Source of the DNA: Acidobacteriota bacterium
Lineage (GTDB): Bacteria; Acidobacteriota; Thermoanaerobaculia; Gp7-AA8
Direction of reading: 5' to 3'
DNA length: 64,000 bases
NCBI GenBank assembly: GCA_019244185.1
Contig: JAFATB010000012.1
Coordinates: 118,996-182,995 of the forward strand
The translations under genes were made by a program, and so were the position numbers. This document shows positions 13,563 through 20,779 of this stretch, one piece after another. Positions within the stretch are counted from its first letter, which is position 1. Every line of letters begins with the position of its first letter. Below the pieces are notes generated by a model. The model ran no database searches. It was given only the letters and a program-made list of their open reading frames with translations, and was not told where the DNA came from.

Positions 13563-14492
13563 GTGGCGGCCGCGAAACGCGTCGAGATTCCCAACGCTCC
13601 GGAAGCGATCCTGCGCTTCGGCACGCGCGAGGTGCGCCTCACGAACCTGCGCAAGCTGTTCTGGAAATCGCGCGGCATCACGAAGCGCGATCTCCTGCAG
13701 TTCTACGCCGACGTCTCGCGCTGGCTGCTGCCGCATCTCGCGGATCGCGCGATGGTGATGAAGCGCTATCCGAACGGCGCGGAAGGCGACTTCTTCTACA
13801 TGAAGCGCGCGCCCGCACCGCGCCCCGACTGGATCGAGATCTGCGACATCCTCCACAACGAAGGGAACGTCAACTTCCCGATCGTGCAAGACCTGCCGTC
13901 GCTCCTCTGGCTCATCAACCTCGGCTGCATCGATCTCAACCCGTGGTACGCGCGCTGCGACGACACGGATCGTCCCGACTTCCTGCACTTCGATCTCGAT
14001 CCCGGGCCCGGCGCGAACTTCGAGAAAGTCCGCGAGGTCGCGTTCCGCGTGCGCGACCTGCTCGCCGCGCTGAAGCTGCCGACGTATCCGAAGACCACCG
14101 GCTCGAAAGGCATTCACATCTACATCCCCATCGTGCGCGGGCCGCGGCAGAAGGAAGTGTGGGCGTTCGCGAAGACCATCGCCATCGAGCTCGAACGCCG
14201 CCATCCGGAAGTCATCACCGCCGAATACCGCAAGGTGAAGCGGCCGCACGGCCGCGTGCTCGTCGATTACAACCAGAACGCGTGGGGCCGGACGCTCGCG
14301 TCGATCTACTCCGTGCGTCCGACAGGTAACGTCTCGATGCCGGTGACGTGGGACGAGCTCGAGGCAGGTGCGCGCATCGAAGACTTCACGATGCAGAACG
14401 CCGTCGCGCGCCTCAAAGAAGTGGGCGATCTCTGGAAGCCGGTGCTCGGCAAGCGCCGCGTCGATCTCTACCGGTTCCTCAAGGCCGCATGA
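13563..14492 (+). CDS. Stand-alone LigD-type primase-polymerase (Prim-PolC-like)
   Basis: KRYPNG...FYMKR, DRPDFLHFDLDP, KTTGSKGIHIYIP and DYNQN...T..S.YSVR motifs of AEP PolDom. Confidence 0.92.
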   Translation: MAAAKRVEIPNAPEAILRFGTREVRLTNLRKLFWKSRGITKRDLLQFYADVSRWLLPHLADRAMVMKRYPNGAEGDFFYMKRAPAPRPDWIEICDILHNEGNVNFPIVQDLPSLLWLINLGCIDLNPWYARCDDTDRPDFLHFDLDPGPGANFEKVREVAFRVRDLLAALKLPTYPKTTGSKGIHIYIPIVRGPRQKEVWAFAKTIAIELERRHPEVITAEYRKVKRPHGRVLVDYNQNAWGRTLASIYSVRPTGNVSMPVTWDELEAGARIEDFTMQNAVARLKEVGDLWKPVLGKRRVDLYRFLKAA

Positions 14493-15529
14493 CGCTGCTG
14501 CTCCGGCCGCCGTATGCGCCGATGGAGGCGAAGCGCGTCGACGCGATTCCGACGGGCGACCGCTGGCTCTTCGAGCCGAAGTGGGACGGCTTCCGCGCGA
14601 TCGTCTTCCGCGACGGCGACCAGGTCGCGATTCAGTCGAAGGCAGGGCAGCCGCTCGCGCGCTACTTCCCGGAGCTCGTCGACGCGATCCGTTCGCTGAG
14701 CGTGAAGCAGTTCGTGCTCGACGGCGAAATCGTGGTGCCGATCCGCGGTCGGCTCTCCTTCGACGATCTCTTGCTGCGCATGCATCCGGCGGAGTCGCGC
14801 GTGCGCATGCTGGCCGAGGAGACGCCGGCGCATTACTACGTATTCGATGTGCTCGTGATGAAGAGCAAACTGCTGGCGACGATGCCGATCGAACATCGGC
14901 GCGAGAAGCTCGAGACGTTCTTCGAGAACGTCGATCACGAGCTGCTGCATCTCTCGCCCGCGACGACCGATCGCAAGCTCGCCGTGCAGTGGTTCGAGAA
15001 GTTCGGCTCCCTCGGACTCGACGGCGTGATGGCCAAGCGCCTCGGCGAGCCGTATCACTCCGGCGACCGCGACGGCATGGTGAAGGTGAAGCATCTCAGG
15101 ACCGCGGACTGCGTCGTCGGCGGCTTCCGTTATGGCGAGGGGACGAAATCCGTCGGCTCGCTGCTTCTCGGCCTCTACGACGATGACGGCCGGCTCGTGC
15201 ACATCGGACATACGTCGTCGATCAAGAAAGCCGACCGACACGCGCTGACGCAGCGGCTCGAAGCGCTGCGCGGAAAGAATCCGTTCGAGGTGCGCGTGCC
15301 GGGCGGGCCGAGCCGCTGGGCGTCGGAGCGCAGCGGCGCGTGGGAGCCGGTGCGTCCGAAGCTCGTCTGCGAGGTCGAGTACGACTACTTCTCGCAGGGA
15401 CGCTTCCGCCACGGCTCGAAGTTCCTGCGCTGGCGCCCGGACAAGAAGCCGCGGCAGTGCACGATGGAACAAGTGCTCGACGCGACGAAGCCGGCACGCG
15501 GAACGCGGAAGCGTCCGCGCCTGTTGTGA
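14489..15529 (+). CDS. ligC: ATP-dependent DNA ligase (LigC-type)
   Basis: EPKWDGFR adenylation motif; LDGEIV, DGVMAKR, KVKH.RTADCVVGGFR, GGPSRW, RFRHG...RWRPDK; ATGA-coupled to Prim-Pol. Confidence 0.9.
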   Translation: MTLLLRPPYAPMEAKRVDAIPTGDRWLFEPKWDGFRAIVFRDGDQVAIQSKAGQPLARYFPELVDAIRSLSVKQFVLDGEIVVPIRGRLSFDDLLLRMHPAESRVRMLAEETPAHYYVFDVLVMKSKLLATMPIEHRREKLETFFENVDHELLHLSPATTDRKLAVQWFEKFGSLGLDGVMAKRLGEPYHSGDRDGMVKVKHLRTADCVVGGFRYGEGTKSVGSLLLGLYDDDGRLVHIGHTSSIKKADRHALTQRLEALRGKNPFEVRVPGGPSRWASERSGAWEPVRPKLVCEVEYDYFSQGRFRHGSKFLRWRPDKKPRQCTMEQVLDATKPARGTRKRPRLL

Positions 15530-16932
15530 TCGGCGTGCTGCGCTCCATCGTTCATCGTTCCGCGTTCATCGTTCTTGCGTTCGTGGCCATTACGGCCCAC
15601 GCGCAGACCGTGCGCATCACCGAAAAGCCGCAGACGCTCGTCTCCGGCATTCTCTACGTGCCGGTGGTGGCGACCGAGCCGGTCGAACGGCTGTCGCTCT
15701 CGATCAACGGCGTGCCGTACACCGAGACGCGCGGCCGCGCGATGACGGCGCAGGTGAATCTCGGCTTCTACATCCGGCGCATGCGCATGCGCGCGACCGG
15801 CTACGACGCGCAGGGCAACATCGTCGGCGAAGACGAGATGGTCGTGAACGATCCGCGTCCGCCGTTCCGCGTGCGGCTGCAGGCGCCGCCGCAGTGGCCG
15901 GAGACCGGCGTGGCGGGGCTGCACGCGAACGTCTCGCATCCGGTGGAGATCGTGATTCGCGGCGTCGACTTTTACGTCGGCGAAGAGAAGGTCGCGAGCG
16001 ACGACGCGCCGCCGTACGAGACGAACGTCGACGCGGCGAAGTTCCCGCACGCCGTCTACGCGCGCGTGGTGGCGCATGCAGCGGACGGCAGCGAATCGAA
16101 CGACGTCTTCTTCTTCGGCGACCGCGCCCGCGAGCAGATCGACGTCACCGTGCAGCAGATTCCGGTGTCCGTCGCGGACAAGGGCGCGGTGTTGCGCGCG
16201 AATGACCTCACGCTCATCGACGACGGCACGCCGCGGCAGATCGAGAACCTCGTCGCCGCGGGCGATCAGCCGCTGCATGTGATTCTCCTCATCGACTACT
16301 CGGAGAGCATGCTCAAGGAGTTGCCGGTGGTGAAAGCGGCGGCGAAGAATTTCGCGCGCGCGCTGCTGCGGCCGCAGGACCGCATCGCCGTGGTCGGCTT
16401 CAACCAGCGCACGTTCTGGTTGACGCCGTACACCAACGACTGGAACGCCGCCGCGCAGGCGGTCGACCGCGTGCAGCCGATCGGCGAGACGCACCTCTAC
16501 GACAGCGCGATCGAGATGCTGTACGAGCTGCAGAAGACGCCCGGCCGCCACGCGCTGGTCATCCTCACCGACGGCGTCGATCAGGGAAGCCGCTTCAAGC
16601 TCGAGCACCTCGTGCACTACGCGCGCTACGCCGGCGTGCCGATCTATCCGGTGGTGAAGAACGCCTCGCTCTCGCGCTGGATGCGCTTCGGCATCGGACG
16701 CCTCGAGGCGCGGAAGCTCGACCGTATCGCCGAAGACACCGGCGCGACGTACTTCATCATCCAGAACGAGCGCGAGCTCGGCGCCGTGTACGCGCGCATC
16801 GCGCAGGAGCTGCGGCAGCAGTACCAGATCGTCTTCTACTCGGATGCGGCGACGGCGGATCAATGGCGCTCGCTGCGAATCGAATCGAAGAGCGGACTGC
16901 ATCTGCGGATTCCACGCGGCTACTTTCCGTAG
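15526..16932 (+). CDS. Secreted Ig-like + VWA domain protein
   Basis: Signal peptide; MIDAS motif DYSESM, GETHLYD, LTDGVD, IAEDTG; GTG 15526 overlaps the ligC stop. Confidence 0.85.
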   Translation: MIGVLRSIVHRSAFIVLAFVAITAHAQTVRITEKPQTLVSGILYVPVVATEPVERLSLSINGVPYTETRGRAMTAQVNLGFYIRRMRMRATGYDAQGNIVGEDEMVVNDPRPPFRVRLQAPPQWPETGVAGLHANVSHPVEIVIRGVDFYVGEEKVASDDAPPYETNVDAAKFPHAVYARVVAHAADGSESNDVFFFGDRAREQIDVTVQQIPVSVADKGAVLRANDLTLIDDGTPRQIENLVAAGDQPLHVILLIDYSESMLKELPVVKAAAKNFARALLRPQDRIAVVGFNQRTFWLTPYTNDWNAAAQAVDRVQPIGETHLYDSAIEMLYELQKTPGRHALVILTDGVDQGSRFKLEHLVHYARYAGVPIYPVVKNASLSRWMRFGIGRLEARKLDRIAEDTGATYFIIQNERELGAVYARIAQELRQQYQIVFYSDAATADQWRSLRIESKSGLHLRIPRGYFP

Positions 16933-16960
16933 CATCCGCGCCGAGTGACATCGAGCTGCA

Positions 16961-17008
16961 GCCGCACGTGCGACTAGGCTCTGCCCTCAGCGCAGCCGGC
17001 CGCGCCGG
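16961..17008 (+). repeat. Dispersed intergenic repeat, copy 2
   Basis: 41/48 identical to the copy 1 core (manual alignment). Confidence 0.8.
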
Positions 17009-17046
17009 CCCGGCCGGGCACGGCTCGTGAACTTTTTCGGCGCGTC

Positions 17047-18213
17047 GTGACCGAGCCCGACCATCCCGGATCACCGCTCTATCCCGAGCCGCAGCAGCGC
17101 CACCGCATCCATCGCGGCCTGGTGACGCCGCGGCAGGAGCACATCTTCAACTGGAGCCTGGTCGTGCTCGTGCTGCTGTACGTCACGGCGTGGATCGGCG
17201 CGCTCGCGCAGATCGAGCGCGTTCGCAACACGCCCGAGCCGGTCGGGCCGGGCGAGCACTCCGAGCCGCCGGAGAGTCCCGTCGGGCCGGCGGAAGACAT
17301 CACCTCGCGCATCTTCGGACCGCCCGCGCCGAAGACCACGTACCTCGCCGACACCGTGCTCGCGTTTCTCCATCCGCTGCGCGGGGAGAGCGGCGCGCTG
17401 CAGTTCGCGCCGGTGCTGCCGGGGCGCGCGGTCGTCAGCAATGTGCCCGGCGGCGTCGGCATGATCGTCGGCGAGAACGCGCAGCCGAGCACCACGGCGC
17501 CGAACGATCCCGGCATCTACAAGCTCGCCGTGGCGATGAACGAGGCGCAGCGCAGCGTCGACGACATCAGCGTCATCACGCTCGTGCCGCTGTCGGCGAA
17601 GCAGAACGGCCGCATCGGCTCGTACTTTCTCGGCAACTGGCCGTTCGAGAGCGGCGGCACGCCGAAGACGCCGCGCTACGCCGCGCCGTCGGGCTTCATC
17701 CAGGTCACGCCGCAGAACGAGAACTTCGCCGTCTCCACGCATTTCCGCCTGCGCGACTTCCTGACGAAAGACCAGTTCAGCGTCTGGCCGAAGTATGTGC
17801 CGCTGCAGCCGCAGCTCGTCGACAAGCTCGAGCTGACCATTCAGGAGCTGGAGAAGCAGGGCATTCACGTGCGGCACATGACGATCATGAGCGGCTTCCG
17901 CACGCCGCGCTACAACGCCGGCGGAGGCAACACGCAGGGGCGCGCGAACCTCAGCCGGCACATGTACGGCGACGCATCGGACGTCTTCGTCGACAACGAC
18001 GGCAACGGCGTCTCGGACGATCTCAATCACGACGGGCGCGTCGACGTGCGCGATGCGGAGGTCGTCGCGGCGGCCGCCGAGCGCGTCGAGAAGAGCCACG
18101 GCTCGCTCGTCGGAGGAATTGGCGTTTATTCCGCATGTTGCGGGCACGGACCCTTCACGCACATCGACGTGCGCGGCTACCGCGCGCGCTGGCGTGGCAC
18201 CGGTTCCGGGTAG
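17047..18213 (+). CDS. Membrane-anchored peptidase M15-family (D-Ala-D-Ala carboxypeptidase/YcbK-like) protein
   Basis: N-terminal TM; SGFRTP.YN, SRHMYGDASD and FTHIDVRG Zn-binding motifs. Confidence 0.85.
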   Translation: MTEPDHPGSPLYPEPQQRHRIHRGLVTPRQEHIFNWSLVVLVLLYVTAWIGALAQIERVRNTPEPVGPGEHSEPPESPVGPAEDITSRIFGPPAPKTTYLADTVLAFLHPLRGESGALQFAPVLPGRAVVSNVPGGVGMIVGENAQPSTTAPNDPGIYKLAVAMNEAQRSVDDISVITLVPLSAKQNGRIGSYFLGNWPFESGGTPKTPRYAAPSGFIQVTPQNENFAVSTHFRLRDFLTKDQFSVWPKYVPLQPQLVDKLELTIQELEKQGIHVRHMTIMSGFRTPRYNAGGGNTQGRANLSRHMYGDASDVFVDNDGNGVSDDLNHDGRVDVRDAEVVAAAAERVEKSHGSLVGGIGVYSACCGHGPFTHIDVRGYRARWRGTGSG

Positions 18214-18235
18214 CCTGCAACGAACAGGAGGTAGT

Positions 18236-18721
18236 GTGGCTGCAGCAGAAGTGAACTGTCCCGAATGTCAATCGCCGCGCGCGGATCCGAGCGTGGTTTG
18301 CCCGACGTGCGGCGCGCCGCCGGTGCGCAAAGGCGACAAGCGCACGACCGATGAAGAAGTGCGTTCGGCCGATCTCGAGCCGTACGTGACGCTGCGCTAC
18401 ATCGCGCGGCTCTTCAAGGTGCTGGCGGTGCTGATGGTGGTGATGCTCATCGGCGAGATCGTCGCCGGCGTGCGCGCGGATGCGGCCGAGGCGCTGCCGA
18501 CGCTCATCGGCGAGATCACGCAGATGCTCGTGCTGGCGGGACTCATGTGGGGCGGCGGCGATCTGACGCTGCTGTTCATCGACGCCGGTCACGATCTCCG
18601 CGTCGCGCGCATTCTCCTCGGGCGCATGAACTCCGAAATGCACCGCAAGAACAGCGAAGACAGCCGCGGCGCGGTGGGCGTTACGACGGTGCCGCCGCCG
18701 ACGCCACGATCGACCGTGTGA
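18236..18721 (+). CDS. Zinc-ribbon + two-TM hypothetical protein
   Basis: AGGAGG SD before GTG 18236; CPEC...CPTC followed by two hydrophobic helices. Confidence 0.75.
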   Translation: MAAAEVNCPECQSPRADPSVVCPTCGAPPVRKGDKRTTDEEVRSADLEPYVTLRYIARLFKVLAVLMVVMLIGEIVAGVRADAAEALPTLIGEITQMLVLAGLMWGGGDLTLLFIDAGHDLRVARILLGRMNSEMHRKNSEDSRGAVGVTTVPPPTPRSTV

Positions 18722-19517
18722 GCAGTTCGCGCAACTCGCGGAAGACGTTCTCGGGCGGCAGTCCCATCTCGCGATAGCCGGCCGCGCGCTTGAGAACGTT
18801 CTCCGCGGTCTTCTCGTCGAAGATCCGCGAGTCGACAGTGCGGTTGTTCAGCGCGCAGAACGCGATCAGCGATGCGAGCGAGACGCGGCGGTTGCCGCCG
18901 CGGAACGGCCGCGCCTGCAGCAGCGCGAAAACGAGCGCCGCCACTTTCTCGGGAAACGTCGGATACGCCTCGCGCCCGAGGGTCGTGACCTGCGGACGCT
19001 GGACGGCGCTGAGCAGGCCGAATTGCGACTCGACGACGCCGGGATGCGCGGCCGTGCCGCCGAACTCCGCGCTGACGGCGCGGTGGAGCTCCACCACGTC
19101 CTGCACGGTGAGGTAACGAACGCCGCCGTCAGTCGGTGAGGCGGCGGAAAGCGTTGTTGTACTTCTTGACGGCGTGCTTGAACGCGGCGCCGATGACGGG
19201 GTTGGAGAAGGAGCCGTTGTTGTCTGCGGGGACACGGCCTTTGCCGCGGCTTTCGCCGGAGGCGCTGCCGGCTTTTGCGGAGCCGCCGGTTTTTTCGCCG
19301 GAGCTGCTGCCGCCTTTTTGGCCGGAGCCGGCTTGCTGTTTTTCGGTGCTGCTTTGGTGGCTGCCGGTTTTTGCGGCGGCTTTGCTGCTTTTGCCGTCGG
19401 TTTTGCCGGCGGCTTTGACGACGCTTTCGCCGGCGCCTTCGCCGTTTTTGCCGGTGCTGCTTTTTTTCCCTGAGGCTTGGCTGCTTTTGCCGTCTTTGGC
19501 TTTTGCTTTGTCGCCAT
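18681..19517 (-). CDS. Doc/Fic-family protein with histone-H1-like (Ala/Lys/Pro) N-terminal extension and degenerate active site
   Basis: C-terminal YLTVQDVVELH...FGG...GLLSAVQRP...YPTFPEKVAALVFALLQARPFRGGNRR...FCALN matches the Doc-family layout; about 95 N-terminal residues are PAKK/AAK repeats. Confidence 0.85.
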   Translation of the reverse strand: MATKQKPKTAKAAKPQGKKAAPAKTAKAPAKASSKPPAKPTAKAAKPPQKPAATKAAPKNSKPAPAKKAAAAPAKKPAAPQKPAAPPAKAAAKAVSPQTTTAPSPTPSSAPRSSTPSRSTTTLSAASPTDGGVRYLTVQDVVELHRAVSAEFGGTAAHPGVVESQFGLLSAVQRPQVTTLGREAYPTFPEKVAALVFALLQARPFRGGNRRVSLASLIAFCALNNRTVDSRIFDEKTAENVLKRAAGYREMGLPPENVFRELRELLTRSIVASAAAPS

Positions 19518-19524
19518 GCGTCAT
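19129..19524 (-). CDS. Overlapping-frame putative antitoxin (low-complexity G/K/S region plus C-terminal helix)
   Basis: ATG 5 nt after the GAGGA SD. The last ~30 codons (NNGSFSNPVIGAAFKHAVKKYNNAFRRLTD) have strongly C/G-ending codons in this frame and resemble C-termini of Doc-associated antidotes; the stop lies just before the Doc domain. Confidence 0.65.
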   Translation of the reverse strand: MTHGDKAKAKDGKSSQASGKKSSTGKNGEGAGESVVKAAGKTDGKSSKAAAKTGSHQSSTEKQQAGSGQKGGSSSGEKTGGSAKAGSASGESRGKGRVPADNNGSFSNPVIGAAFKHAVKKYNNAFRRLTD

Positions 19525-19542
19525 CTCAGTCCTCGGGCGGAT

Positions 19543-19571
19543 AGGATAGCCCTGTTAAGTGACTGAGTCAA
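19543..19571 (-). promoter_or_regulatory. sigma70-like promoter with palindrome over the -35
   Basis: TTGACT (19571-19566), 17 nt, TATCCT (19548-19543); inverted repeat TGACTgAGTCA at 19560-19570. Confidence 0.7.
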
Positions 19572-19653
19572 CGTGGGTTAGGGGAGCGTCGCGGCTAACT
19601 CTCTGAAGGTAAAGTAGTTTACCGTCTCGAAAAAATGCACCGAACCTTGTGCA

Positions 19654-19962
19654 TCAGACGCCGTCCACGCCGTCGTTGAGCGCGGCGGACACGGCGGCGT
19701 CGCTCGTTTCCTCGATCCCGGGCAGCGCCTCGATGGCCAGAAAGTCCTTCCCCTTGGCGGTGATGGCGAAGTTTTCCTTCGCCGCGTCCGCTTCGAGAAA
19801 GCCCTTCTCGACCAGCGTCACGGCCGGCGTTTCGCCGCCGCCGATGGGATGCTTGATCCCTTTGATCGTGGCGAGCGGCAGCGTCTGCGCGTTGAGGCGA
19901 CGGTACTCCTGCAACACGCGGATCTCGGCGGTGGTCAACCCGAGCGGAAGGATGATGGCCAT
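19654..19962 (-). CDS. Small hypothetical protein, possible winged helix
   Basis: 102 aa; LTTAEIRVL...LVEKGFLE...FAITAKGKDFL wing-like motif; TATAAT 9 nt upstream of the ATG. Confidence 0.7.
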   Translation of the reverse strand: MAIILPLGLTTAEIRVLQEYRRLNAQTLPLATIKGIKHPIGGGETPAVTLVEKGFLEADAAKENFAITAKGKDFLAIEALPGIEETSDAAVSAALNDGVDGV

Positions 19963-19972
19963 GCGGGCGCGA

Positions 19973-20779
19973 TTATACGGTCTGGCACTTCGGACACCAG
20001 TACGTGCCGCGCGCGTTCGGCCCCTGCTTCGCGTAGCGGATCGGCGTGCCGCACTTGCGGCACGGCTTGCCGCCGCGGCCGAAGACGTATTGCGTCTGGC
20101 GCGGATCGAGGCTGAAGGTCGTGATGCGTCCGGCGCTGCGTTTGGTGATGTTGGCGAGCATGAGCTTGCGCATGGTGCGGAGAAGCAGCGCGAGCTGTTC
20201 GTCGGTCACGTCGCGCGTTTTCGCGAACGGATTCACGCGGCTCATGAAGAGCACTTCGTTCTTGAACTCGTTGCCGATGCCGGCCACGACGCGCTGGTTG
20301 AGCAGCACGTCCGCGATCTCTTCGTCGGGACGCGCGCGGATGCGGCGTAGCGCCTCGTCGAAGTCGAACGTCGCCGCGGCGAAGTCGGGGCCGATGCGCG
20401 CGAGGTCTTCCTGCCGCGCGAGCGACGCGTCGTCGTGGAACTCCGCGATCGGCACGTTGAACGCGACGGCGATCCAAGGATCCGTCTCGATGACGAGGCG
20501 CATGTCGCTGCGGCGCCGCCGCCACTTCTCGCCGCTTCGATAGAGATGCCACGAGCCGTGCATGCGCATGTGCGTGCGCAGATGCAGTCCGCCGGAGAAG
20601 TCGATGATGAGGTTCTTTCCTTCGGCGACGACGCGCTCGACGACGCGGCCGGCGAGCGGCGCGTCTTCGTCGACGCGCGCGAGCTGCGGCAGCACGCTCT
20701 CGAAGCGCGTGATCGTCTTGCCCGCGAGCGCGGCGTGCAGCGTGCGCGCCGCGCGGTGGATCGTGTCACCTTCCGGCAT
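19973..20779 (-). CDS. nei: Fpg/Nei-family DNA glycosylase
   Basis: N-terminal PEGD; GKNL, H.RMHGSW, LLNQRVVAGIGN and C-terminal CRKC...CPKCQ zinc finger. Confidence 0.92.
   Translation of the reverse strand: MPEGDTIHRAARTLHAALAGKTITRFESVLPQLARVDEDAPLAGRVVERVVAEGKNLIIDFSGGLHLRTHMRMHGSWHLYRSGEKWRRRRSDMRLVIETDPWIAVAFNVPIAEFHDDASLARQEDLARIGPDFAAATFDFDEALRRIRARPDEEIADVLLNQRVVAGIGNEFKNEVLFMSRVNPFAKTRDVTDEQLALLLRTMRKLMLANITKRSAGRITTFSLDPRQTQYVFGRGGKPCRKCGTPIRYAKQGPNARGTYWCPKCQTV

Noticed and set aside
13563-15529. Classical NHEJ (Ku-LigD) system
   Set aside because: No Ku or phosphoesterase domain in the window; ligase motifs are LigC-type.
19230-19510. Repetitive DNA resembling a tandem or CRISPR array
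   Set aside because: Imperfect codon-level repeats encoding PAKK/AAK; no constant repeat-spacer periodicity and no cas genes.
19136-19549. Plus-strand ORFs over the Doc tail (137 aa and 99 aa)
   Set aside because: Antisense shadows of the low-complexity A-rich minus-strand repeats; no SD or promoter support.
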